IMG/VR virus record: IMGVR_UViG_3300020161_002793
Coordinates: 1-40,758 of that record
Strand: one strand, 5' to 3'
Length of the DNA: 40,758 bases
From: a virus
Taxonomy: Duplodnaviria > Caudoviricetes
In this document: positions 26,647 through 34,392 of the stretch, piece by piece
How the letters are laid out: each line of letters starts with the position of its first letter
How positions within the stretch are numbered: the stretch's first letter is position 1
Notes under the pieces: model-generated
What the model was told of the DNA's origin: nothing
Databases searched by the model: none
Seen by the model: only the letters and a program-made list of their open reading frames with translations
Position numbers and translations under genes: made by a program

Positions 26647-27006
26647 TTGAAGGTAAAATTTGGAAGCAGCACCGTGAACATTCTCAGCCTCGTGCGAGAT
26701 GGTAGACCGTGCGACATCAAAGAAACAAACGCTCAAGTCGGGAGAATGAACATTCTCGCTATCTCGGGCGGGCGAGTTCTGCCATTGAAAAATGCGCTAG
26801 GTGAAACGGTAGGCGTGGCTTATCCCGTAGACGCAAGTCGTCGGGTTGAAGTAATCCTTGACTATGACGACACTTATTCGGTTAGCCGAATTAGATATAT
26901 CACCAAAGGAAGCGAAGCAAATACCGAAGTCGTGGAATATTCCGTGTCAGGCGTATATTGCGACAATGTCGGTGAAGTTGCATATTCCGCTAGTTGCTGG
27001 AAGTAA
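26647..27006 (+). CDS. Hypothetical actinophage-type protein
   Basis: Q.G.MNILAISGGR...V.V.L...DTYSV.R...GVYCD...EVAY.AS; RBS GGAGGGGG. Confidence 0.75.
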   Translation: MKVKFGSSTVNILSLVRDGRPCDIKETNAQVGRMNILAISGGRVLPLKNALGETVGVAYPVDASRRVEVILDYDDTYSVSRIRYITKGSEANTEVVEYSVSGVYCDNVGEVAYSASCWK

Positions 27007-27017
27007 CACCACAGGCA

Positions 27018-27054
27018 AGACCCCTAGTCCGACCCCCTTGGGCTAGGGGTCTTT
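27018..27054 (+). terminator. Intrinsic terminator
   Basis: AAGACCCCTAGTCC...GGGCTAGGGGTCTTT. Confidence 0.75.
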
Positions 27055-27111
27055 CGCTGTCCCTGAACGTTTGCCGTGCCGGAAACCCGCCGTGCCGATG
27101 CCGTGCCGAAC

Positions 27112-27162
27112 TCATCCGCCACCGTCGCTACAAGATGAAAGTCTGGAACCCAAAAGCCCCGT
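27112..27162 (+). repeat. Bipartite dispersed repeat, copy 8
   Basis: TCATCCGCCACCGTC GCTACAAGA...AAGCCCCGT (gap 28). Confidence 0.88.
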
Positions 27163-27344
27163 GAACAAAGAAAACGAAGATGCGGCACAGCTGCTGCAGC
27201 CGGATGGAAGTTCTTTCTCGGGGGGTGGAGAATTTCTTTCTTGGGACTGAAGGCAATCAAAACCGTTGAAATCCACATCACGCAAACAAAAACGCGTTTT
27301 GGTCTCAGGTTTGAGATTCAGACAGCCAGGTAACACCTTTGGCG

Positions 27345-27542
27345 TAGACGGGGCTCGCGCCCGAAGTGAAGGGAGACTTTCGGCTTTAGCAGCATGCTAA
27401 AGACGAAGGCTTCCCGAACGAGGGCGGTAGTAGCGGGGCTTTCGGTCTTCAACGAATATCCCGCGCAACCTAAACCAGTTCAAATGGACTTTCTTCTCGG
27501 CGGAAACCAGAACTCGGCTTCTGGCCATAGAGCGCCCATCTA
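27345..27542. ncRNA. Candidate multi-stem structured element
   Basis: Closing stem TAGACGGG-GCTC/GAGC-GCCCATCTA with internal hairpins; homologous to 31599-31692. Confidence 0.45.
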
Positions 27543-27600
27543 AAAAAAAAGAATCAAAACGGTCATTGACTTTCAAATTCCAACCCTGTAAGTTGCTTTT

Positions 27601-27792
27601 ATGACTCAACTTGGATTTGTAACGCAATTTGGTTATGATGTAACCTGTTTCCGTTGCGAACAAACAATAAAAGCAAAAGAATATTGTGTAAAAATTCCTG
27701 AAGAAGGAATTATGCACGTGAATCGTGATTGCGTGCAAGAAAAAAGACTAGAAGCAATGAAAATGCACCCGACTAGGAGAAGAAATGATTGA
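27601..27792 (+). CDS. Small Zn-binding protein (leaderless)
   Basis: CFRC...H...C; promoter TTGACT-N17-TAAGTT at 27566-27594. Confidence 0.65.
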   Translation: MTQLGFVTQFGYDVTCFRCEQTIKAKEYCVKIPEEGIMHVNRDCVQEKRLEAMKMHPTRRRND

Positions 27793-27841
27793 AATGCTTA
27801 CCGTCGCTGTGGTGCTCATCATTCTCATCTGTCTCTGACGC

Positions 27842-27892
27842 TCATCCGCCGCCGTCAGCACAAGATGCAAGCCGGCTTTTCAAAAGCCCCGT
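27842..27892 (+). repeat. Bipartite dispersed repeat, copy 9
   Basis: TCATCCGCCGCCGTC AGCACAAGA...AAGCCCCGT (gap 28). Confidence 0.88.
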
Positions 27893-28021
27893 AAAAAGAA
27901 AATATCAAACTAGCCGCTGCTGCAGCACGTTCCGGCACGTTGAACGCAACAGGGTCAGAATCAAATTGATTGAATATTTTTCAAAAATCAGATAAAATTC
28001 AAATACCTCAAAGGGGGGAAA

Positions 28022-28354
28022 ATGACTGAAAATAATTATCGGACAGCAAAAACCATACTCATTACTGTCGTAATCACGGTTGCGTCAGTGTTTGCGTTTT
28101 CTTTTTTGCGTAATCAGCACGAGAAAGATACCCAGTTTTTCTGTACTGGCGCACCTATCCAAATTACCGAAGGCGACACCCTTTACTGGATTGCCCGTAT
28201 GAACTGTGACGGCAATTTTATGGAAGCGGTGGACAAATTGGTGAAACTCTACGGAACTTCACTGACTATCGGAGATACTATTTACCTGCCAACTCATAAC
28301 AGTTGCGAGTTGCGTCTCACTGACGGTGGTCAGGTAATTGAGCAATGCGGGTAA
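28022..28354 (+). CDS. TM plus LysM-like protein, paralog B
   Basis: N-terminal TM; IQITEGDTLYWIA...LTIGDTIYLP; promoter TTGAAT-N17-TAAAAT at 27970-27998. Confidence 0.72.
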   Translation: MTENNYRTAKTILITVVITVASVFAFSFLRNQHEKDTQFFCTGAPIQITEGDTLYWIARMNCDGNFMEAVDKLVKLYGTSLTIGDTIYLPTHNSCELRLTDGGQVIEQCG

Positions 28355-28454
28355 TGACCTAAGGTTTTTACAGCAATGTGGCTACTCAGCAGGTCTGATG
28401 TTGTCGCACTTATTCAAACCAGGAACCAAGAACCGTCTTGATACACTTCGGTAG

Positions 28455-28838
28455 ATGACAACCTTTCCAAAATCTCCAGTCACCGAATGTTCCGCTTGTG
28501 GCGGGGCTTTTGAGGACATGGAGTATTGGGGTCAGCCGGAGAACGGATGGTCTATCCCATGGGAGCTGTTGGGCGGTTACGGAGGGTTCACGGACGAACT
28601 CGGGCCAGCGTTTGAAGGAAGGCCAAGCAAAACATGGGAAATGTGCCATGACTGCGTTGTAAAAATGTTGAAACTTTTTCCTCGCCTCGCAAATGACATT
28701 GGAAAAGGAAACCATCCGTGCAAAGATGCGGTTCCGTGTTGCGAATGGGCGTGGAAGTCTGAAGACGGAGTGATATTTATCGTCGTGGACGGTGAGTGGG
28801 TTCTTGCGCCGAGTGAACATCCGCCACCGTCACCGTAA
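28455..28838 (+). CDS. Cys-rich hypothetical protein
   Basis: CSAC...GGYGGFTD...MCHDC...CCEWAW. Confidence 0.7.
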   Translation: MTTFPKSPVTECSACGGAFEDMEYWGQPENGWSIPWELLGGYGGFTDELGPAFEGRPSKTWEMCHDCVVKMLKLFPRLANDIGKGNHPCKDAVPCCEWAWKSEDGVIFIVVDGEWVLAPSEHPPPSP

Positions 28839-28870
28839 CGCGCTTCTTCGAGCCAGAGCCATAGCCCCGT
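28817..28870 (+). repeat. Bipartite dispersed repeat, copy 10
   Basis: ACATCCGCCACCGTC...TAGCCCCGT (gap 31); overlaps the 3' end of the upstream CDS. Confidence 0.8.
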
Positions 28871-28981
28871 GGTTTAAAAATAAAGTTTGCTGCCGCTGGC
28901 CGGCCAAATTCAAAAACCTCACGCATGGTGTTTGACAAACAAATAAAAATGATGTACTTTGACAGGCGTAAAGGGGGAAAC

Positions 28982-29035
28982 ATGATTGAGTTTCTGACAG
29001 TTCTGACAGTTCTTCTTATTTTAGTAGCGCTATAA
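28982..29035 (+). CDS. 17-aa hydrophobic peptide MIEFLTVLTVLLILVAL
   Basis: Promoter TTGACA-N17-TACTTT (28932-28960) and RBS AAAGGGGG. Confidence 0.45.
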   Translation: MIEFLTVLTVLLILVAL

Positions 29036-29064
29036 AAGGCGCGCATTGCTTATAGAATAAATGG

Positions 29065-30996
29065 ATGGAATCTCGTCTCTCGTTATCTGACGACCATCTC
29101 GTCTTTGATTTCCCGTACGACCAGAATCAGGTTACCGAAATCAAAAAAATCCAAGGGGCGAAGTGGGACAAAGTATCCCGCGTTTGGAGGGTCCCAATCA
29201 GCAGTATTCAACCAGCACGGGACTTCGCACGAGGACACCAGTTTAATATTGACCCGGATGTGCTTCGCTTCGACGTGCCCAAGCAGCTCGGTGACAGCAA
29301 CAGCCCGAGTGTTACAAAAAAGGGCGAATGGTTGTTCCTTAGGTTTAGTTACGACCCGGTCAAAGTCCGAGCCGTCAAGCTAATCCCCGGCATCACATGG
29401 GACACCAAGGAGAAAAGCTGGAGAGCCCCGTTGACATCCATCTCGCAAACCATCTCATGGGGAGAAACATTCGGATTACACATCCCACCTTCAGTCATTG
29501 CCGAGGGTGAACTCGTCAAATCAGCACGAGAAGAGACAATCAAAGCATCAAAAGCAAAAGACGCAGAACTGGAAATACCGACTCTTGTTGGGAACCTTTT
29601 GGCTTACCAAAAAGCTGGCATAGTTTACGCAACCACTGCAAAAAAATGTTTTATTGCCGACGACATGGGTCTTGGGAAGACGGTCCAAGCCATCGGAACA
29701 CTCGAACACACACATGCATTCCCCGCAGTTGTTGTTTGCCCAGCGGGACTGGTGTTGAACTGGCGAGACGAAGCAAACAAATGGCTGCCGCACCGCCGTG
29801 TTGCCGTGGTTACAAATCGTTCCGAGTTTCCCGAAGAAGGGAGTTTTGACATCCTTGTTGTTGGATACCCGAACATCACCCATTGGAATAAATTGCTGAC
29901 GGGATACAAGGGTTATGTGTTTGATGAATCCCATTATGCGAAGTCCCCCACAGCTCAAAGAACCAAAGCATCAATCAAGATGGCTAGGTCTGCCGGAGCC
30001 GACGCGATAGTTCTCTGTTTGACTGGTACACCCATAACCAACCGTCCCGCCGAGTACGCATCCCAGCTTGACATTCTTGGACAACTAAACCGTTTCGGTG
30101 GACTTTGGGGGTTCTATCGGAGATACTGCGGAGCATTTCGTGACAGATATGGCCAATGGCATATTGAAGGTTCAAGTAATTTGGATGAGCTAAACGAGAC
30201 ACTTCGTTCAGTTTGTTACATAAGAAGAACCAAAGAGCAAGTTCTTGATGAGTTGCCACCCGTAAGACATTCACGACTGGTTGTCAGCGGAAGCACTTCG
30301 GGGATGAAAGAATATAAAGAAGCCTGCGATGACATTATTGCTTACATTGTCGCACGGGCAGAACAGATAGCTCGAGAAATTGGCGAATCACCTCGGTCAG
30401 CAGCGGTGAGAGCAAAAATTAAAGCCGAATCAAACGAACACCTGGTTCGCATATCCGTGCTTCGCAAACTTGCAGCTAAAGCGAAAATGGAATCTGTTTT
30501 TGAATGGATAAATCAAAAAATTGGCGCTGGAGAAAAAGTTGTAGTAGCGGCACACCACAGAGAAATTGTTGATGCGATTGCAAATCAATACTGCGGGCTA
30601 AAAATACAAGGAGGTATGAGCGTTGAAGAAGTTCAAGAAGCAAAATACAAGTTTCAAAATGGCACCATAGACGAATCGCCCGTTATTTCTTTGTCAATCC
30701 AGGCCGCAAAGACCGGGCACACACTGACCGCATCTCAGGAAGTTCTCTTCGTGGAATTACCATGGTCACCAGCAGACGTAGACCAAACTTATAGTCGCTG
30801 CCACCGTCTTGGTCAAAAAGGCTCTGTAATGGCCACCTATATTTTAGCTTCAGGGACAATCGATGAAGATATTTTCGACCTCATTGAATCAAAAAGAACC
30901 GTTGTTGACGCCGCAACCGAGGGGGCATCCGAAGATGGGGCCGACGCAAGCACCCAACAGCTGGTTCTCAATTTCCTAAAAGTTGGCCTTGCTTAA
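29065..30996 (+). CDS. SNF2-family helicase with two N-terminal HARP-like repeats (SMARCAL1-like)
   Basis: ADDMGLGKT, DESH, LTGTP, Q...RCHRLGQ; duplicated F.YD......K.I.G..WD.....WR.P. Confidence 0.9.
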   Translation: MESRLSLSDDHLVFDFPYDQNQVTEIKKIQGAKWDKVSRVWRVPISSIQPARDFARGHQFNIDPDVLRFDVPKQLGDSNSPSVTKKGEWLFLRFSYDPVKVRAVKLIPGITWDTKEKSWRAPLTSISQTISWGETFGLHIPPSVIAEGELVKSAREETIKASKAKDAELEIPTLVGNLLAYQKAGIVYATTAKKCFIADDMGLGKTVQAIGTLEHTHAFPAVVVCPAGLVLNWRDEANKWLPHRRVAVVTNRSEFPEEGSFDILVVGYPNITHWNKLLTGYKGYVFDESHYAKSPTAQRTKASIKMARSAGADAIVLCLTGTPITNRPAEYASQLDILGQLNRFGGLWGFYRRYCGAFRDRYGQWHIEGSSNLDELNETLRSVCYIRRTKEQVLDELPPVRHSRLVVSGSTSGMKEYKEACDDIIAYIVARAEQIAREIGESPRSAAVRAKIKAESNEHLVRISVLRKLAAKAKMESVFEWINQKIGAGEKVVVAAHHREIVDAIANQYCGLKIQGGMSVEEVQEAKYKFQNGTIDESPVISLSIQAAKTGHTLTASQEVLFVELPWSPADVDQTYSRCHRLGQKGSVMATYILASGTIDEDIFDLIESKRTVVDAATEGASEDGADASTQQLVLNFLKVGLA

Positions 30997-31023
30997 ACGT
31001 TTAGATATTGGTAAGATAAGAAT

Positions 31024-31176
31024 ATGAACAAGCGTGAACTACTTGATGATTTGGACCTGATGATAGCCAATGGTCTTATTGAAATTGTTTCAGGTTTCGG
31101 AGAAGATGCTAAATATTCGTTAACCGAAAAAGGCAAAGAATACGCTAATCGGCTTTCCGATGAACCCAGTAAATAG
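31024..31176 (+). CDS. Small winged-helix-like protein
   Basis: Manual translation ...MIANGLIEIV.....KYSLTEKGKEY. Confidence 0.55.
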   Translation: MNKRELLDDLDLMIANGLIEIVSGFGEDAKYSLTEKGKEYANRLSDEPSK

Positions 31177-31600
31177 AAAACAAGCACCACAGCAGACAGT
31201 TGTATCAATATCCAGATATGGCCAATGGGGCAAAGTTGAATATGCTCATAAGCTTGATTGTGGCCACACAGAAATACGTAAAAGGGCTACACGAGCTCCC
31301 AAAATAGCGTGCGAGCAATGTGTTAAAGCAAATACAGCCAAACAAATGCTTTCAACTTTTGTGCCAGCACCACGAATTGATGATGACCTGACGTGGCAAG
31401 ACGAGATTGCTTCCTCCATAGCAAAAGTAGAGCAAGATGTCGGTCGCCTAAGAGCACGGCTTGCTTCCAGGTTTGGTATTGGCCCGGAATCAATTGATGT
31501 AATCACCGAAGAGACCATCGCCGGAACAGAAATTTCGTATGTGTTGATTGTCCTCGATGCAGCGCAAGCAGCTTATTTAAGCGATAGCCAAAATCAGTAA
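31160..31600 (+). CDS. Hypothetical protein
   Basis: 146 aa with LDCGH...CEQC. Confidence 0.65.
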   Translation: MNPVNRKQAPQQTVVSISRYGQWGKVEYAHKLDCGHTEIRKRATRAPKIACEQCVKANTAKQMLSTFVPAPRIDDDLTWQDEIASSIAKVEQDVGRLRARLASRFGIGPESIDVITEETIAGTEISYVLIVLDAAQAAYLSDSQNQ

Positions 31601-31692
31601 CGGGGCTTGCGCGAGTCCGAAGCGACTGCATAGCCGTTTTCGAGTGGCACACTCGAAAGAGGCTATGCTGCTGCGTAGGACGAGCGGGGCTA
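31599..31692. ncRNA. Candidate structured element, homolog of 27347-27441
   Basis: CGGGGCT direct repeats 84 bp apart flanking hairpin GCATAGCC..TTTCGAGTG-GCA-CACTCGAAA..GGCTATGC. Confidence 0.45.
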
Positions 31693-31777
31693 AAGAGCAC
31701 CAGATTTGCCGGCTTAAATATGGACTATTTGCTATATTGCCAATATCGGCTAAAATGTGAGTAGGTTTCACGCTCAA

Positions 31778-31851
31778 GCGTCGGTAGCTCAATCGGATAG
31801 AGCAACAGACTTCTAATCTGTAGGTTGCAGGTTCGATTCCTGCCCGACGCG
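31778..31851 (+). tRNA. tRNA-Arg (anticodon TCT)
   Basis: Acceptor GCGTCGG/CCGACGC; D arm; anticodon arm ACAGA-CTTCTAA-TCTGT; T loop GGTTCGATTCC; no encoded CCA. Confidence 0.95.
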
Positions 31852-31875
31852 CAAATCAATGTTGAATAACATAGA

Positions 31876-32058
31876 ATGGAAATCATGAAGAGACTTCACC
31901 CTAGACATGTTTTTCGTTTATACAGAATGAATCTCTTGTGGGGCGACAACATGCTTGAAGCTTTGTATTGGGCATTGCGCGGCAAGGCATTTACCGCATC
32001 TTTTCAGGGGCGCCTTGTGGAGCATCAGATAACTCAACGCGATATTGAAGACGAATAG
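31876..32058 (+). CDS. Hypothetical protein
   Basis: 60-aa ORF. Confidence 0.45.
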   Translation: MEIMKRLHPRHVFRLYRMNLLWGDNMLEALYWALRGKAFTASFQGRLVEHQITQRDIEDE

Positions 32059-32071
32059 GGCAGGCAATAAA

Positions 32072-32512
32072 ATGAACGAGCTACAACTACAAATAGAGGA
32101 ACTAAAGAAGAAGATAGTTCCGGAATACTGGAAGTCAATAGATGTCGATGAAGGCTGGTATCAGCTCGTCATAGACTGTGACAAGGAATTAACTGGAGTA
32201 GACCCGAACTATCAGATTTATCAAGTTAAAGAAAAGTTTGGTGGTCTTCGGTACTACGCAAGACCATCGAATCTTGATGACAAACACACCCTGATGCGAA
32301 TCGGCGATATCATCTCTAAGTATGAAGACATTGCGTGGAAGACATGCAGTGCAACAGGTGGTCCTGGTGTATTAATGAAATCTATTGGTGGTTGGCTTAA
32401 GACATTGAACCCCGAATACGCTGCTAGTACACTTCATTATGCTAAATATTCAGTAATAGCCAATGGCGGGCAATCTGTTTTCCGCTATAAGGATTCATCT
32501 AATAATCAATAA
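32072..32512 (+). CDS. Hypothetical phage protein (QVKEKFGGLRYY family)
   Basis: GWYQL...QVKEKFGGLRYY...TC..TG.PG. Confidence 0.75.
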   Translation: MNELQLQIEELKKKIVPEYWKSIDVDEGWYQLVIDCDKELTGVDPNYQIYQVKEKFGGLRYYARPSNLDDKHTLMRIGDIISKYEDIAWKTCSATGGPGVLMKSIGGWLKTLNPEYAASTLHYAKYSVIANGGQSVFRYKDSSNNQ

Positions 32513-32695
32513 AAAACACAGCGAAAAGGCTTAGGTGCTTCGGTTGAAAACTTTATGGCCAGTCTTTACTATTGCGATTGTGGCAACAGTCATTCTTTTT
32601 ATAGCATTTGTGTTTGTTACCCGTGTGTTTTTTTGGTTCCTGGGCGACATACTTAGACAGGTGGAATTAAAACTAAGAAAGGATACGCGCATAAT

Positions 32696-32953
32696 ATGAA
32701 AGCCAAACGAAGGCCATATATTTTGAACGTAAATGAGTTTCAAATGAAGGAGCTGATGGGGCTCGTAAAGCAAAAACGCCAAGAGCTTCATTCTGAACGC
32801 AATGAAACAGGTGAAAAAAACACTATTCGGGTGGCAAAACTTCAAGGGCTAGAAAAAGCTCTTGAGAGAGCTGTTTATTTTTACAATAAACACACCGAAA
32901 AGCCGTCTTCCAAAAATGACGAAGAAGATGCTTGGTGGCAAGCAATTAAATAA
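32696..32953 (+). CDS. Hypothetical protein
   Basis: 85-aa ORF. Confidence 0.55.
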   Translation: MKAKRRPYILNVNEFQMKELMGLVKQKRQELHSERNETGEKNTIRVAKLQGLEKALERAVYFYNKHTEKPSSKNDEEDAWWQAIK

Positions 32954-32992
32954 AACTTGCAAAATACCGCTCAGGTGGTTATCATTTGGTTA

Positions 32993-33835
32993 ATGAATAG
33001 CCCCAAGCACACCATTATTTCATCCGCTGGTGATGTTGACTTTTTCCGCCTACACGCAGACTTTGTAAATGATGGAATTGTTGTTCTTCGTGGGGCCAAC
33101 ATAGAAGCAGACCAACAATCCGCCATTATGTGCAATCTTGGAGATTTGGTCGGATGGTTCCCAAACAAAACATCAACGAGGGTTTTCCCTTACGATGAAA
33201 ATCATAAGCATACGATTGAAATGCAAAAAGAAAAACAGCCTGATACATCACTGGGTATTGACAAAGAGCACATTTTGGTTGCATGGCATTATGAACACCT
33301 TGGTTACCCGAATCCAGCTATTGGGGCGTCGTGGAATATGAGGGTTTTTAACTGCAGTGAAGATTGTGGGAAAACTTTGTTTATTGATGCAGGCAAAGTC
33401 TTTGACCTGCTTACACCAGACGAACTAAAGTTTTTTGAAACTTGTTTGTTTTCCGAAAAGGTTGATATACCCAAAAAATATCCACCTATTTTGGTTTGTC
33501 CCACAACAAGACATAAAACCACCGGAAGGCGAATGGTTAGAATTTCACCCGCTGTTGACTACCAATCATTTCTTAATCTGGAGTTGGTAAAAGGCCGGAA
33601 ACCAACTACGGATGAAAGAGATTTTTTTTCTCAGATTTATATGCGGCTTGCCAATTCAATCAAAAACGATATTTCGTTGCGGATAGAGCACAAATGGAAA
33701 CAATTTGATTTGGCAATTGTTGATTTGTCGCGTTTCTATCATGCTGTAACTGGCGGTTTTACAGCAGATGAAAGAAACTTTTATGGTGTTTGGGCATTTG
33801 AACGCCCTGGTGATTCTCTAGGATTGAGTTTGTGA
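32993..33835 (+). CDS. TauD/TfdA-family Fe(II)/2-oxoglutarate dioxygenase
   Basis: GIVVLRG, WHYE (HxE), GKTLFID, H..TGR, HKWKQFDLAIVD....HAV; leaderless promoter TTGCAA-N17-TATCAT. Confidence 0.78.
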   Translation: MNSPKHTIISSAGDVDFFRLHADFVNDGIVVLRGANIEADQQSAIMCNLGDLVGWFPNKTSTRVFPYDENHKHTIEMQKEKQPDTSLGIDKEHILVAWHYEHLGYPNPAIGASWNMRVFNCSEDCGKTLFIDAGKVFDLLTPDELKFFETCLFSEKVDIPKKYPPILVCPTTRHKTTGRRMVRISPAVDYQSFLNLELVKGRKPTTDERDFFSQIYMRLANSIKNDISLRIEHKWKQFDLAIVDLSRFYHAVTGGFTADERNFYGVWAFERPGDSLGLSL

Positions 33836-34392
33836 GAAGCTTTGGGAGTCTTTTTTCTGGCGGTGGCGGGTTTGACTATGGACTCGAATCCGCTGGATGG
33901 AATTGTAAATTCCAGGTGGAATGGGATTCAAACTGTCGTGCGGTTTTGGATAACAGGTGGCCAGAAGTTGATAAGTGGTGCAATGTTGAAGACGTTAATG
34001 GTAAATTTTTGCACCCAGTTGATGTTATTGCTTTTGGTTCTCCGTGTCAGGATTTGTCTAATGCCGGTCAAAGAAAAGGCCTCTCTGGTTCAAGGTCATC
34101 ATTGTTTTTCGAAGCAATAAGAATAATCAAGGAGATGCAATATGCAACAGCAAATGAATTTCCAAAGTTGGTCATCTGGGAGAACGTCGCAGGAGCGCTC
34201 AGTAGCAACAACGGTGCCGACTTTGAGGAAGTCCTCCGGCAAATGGCTGAATTGGGGGCAAATCACATTGAATGGGCCATCCTCAACGCAGAGCACTTTG
34301 GAGTGCCCCAATCAAGGCGCAGAGTCTTTGTCGTCGCTCGTCTTGATGAAGAATGTTCCGGAACGATATTTCCTCTCAAAGCGCGCAGCTGA
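33832..34392 (+). CDS. C5 cytosine DNA methyltransferase, N-terminal part (motifs I-VIII)
   Basis: LFSGGGG, GSPCQDLS, WENV.G, PQSRRRVF. Confidence 0.88.
   Translation: MRSFGSLFSGGGGFDYGLESAGWNCKFQVEWDSNCRAVLDNRWPEVDKWCNVEDVNGKFLHPVDVIAFGSPCQDLSNAGQRKGLSGSRSSLFFEAIRIIKEMQYATANEFPKLVIWENVAGALSSNNGADFEEVLRQMAELGANHIEWAILNAEHFGVPQSRRRVFVVARLDEECSGTIFPLKARS

Noticed and set aside
28321-28330. Inverted partial box A (TGACGGTGGT)
   Set aside because: Only 10 nt, inside a CDS encoding Asp-Gly-Gly, with no box B; probably coincidental.
13166-28870. CRISPR array interpretation of the dispersed repeats
   Set aside because: Copies are 0.7-3.4 kb apart with whole genes between them, are degenerate, and no cas genes are visible.
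13166-28870. Classical integron attC array
   Set aside because: No RYYYAAC/GTTRRRY ends or consistent attC palindrome; modules carry their own promoters in both orientations; no integrase in the window.
31599-31777. Hammerhead or theta (HDV-like) ribozyme next to the tRNA
   Set aside because: No CUGANGA/GAAA core or nested double pseudoknot could be identified by eye; left as an unknown structured element.
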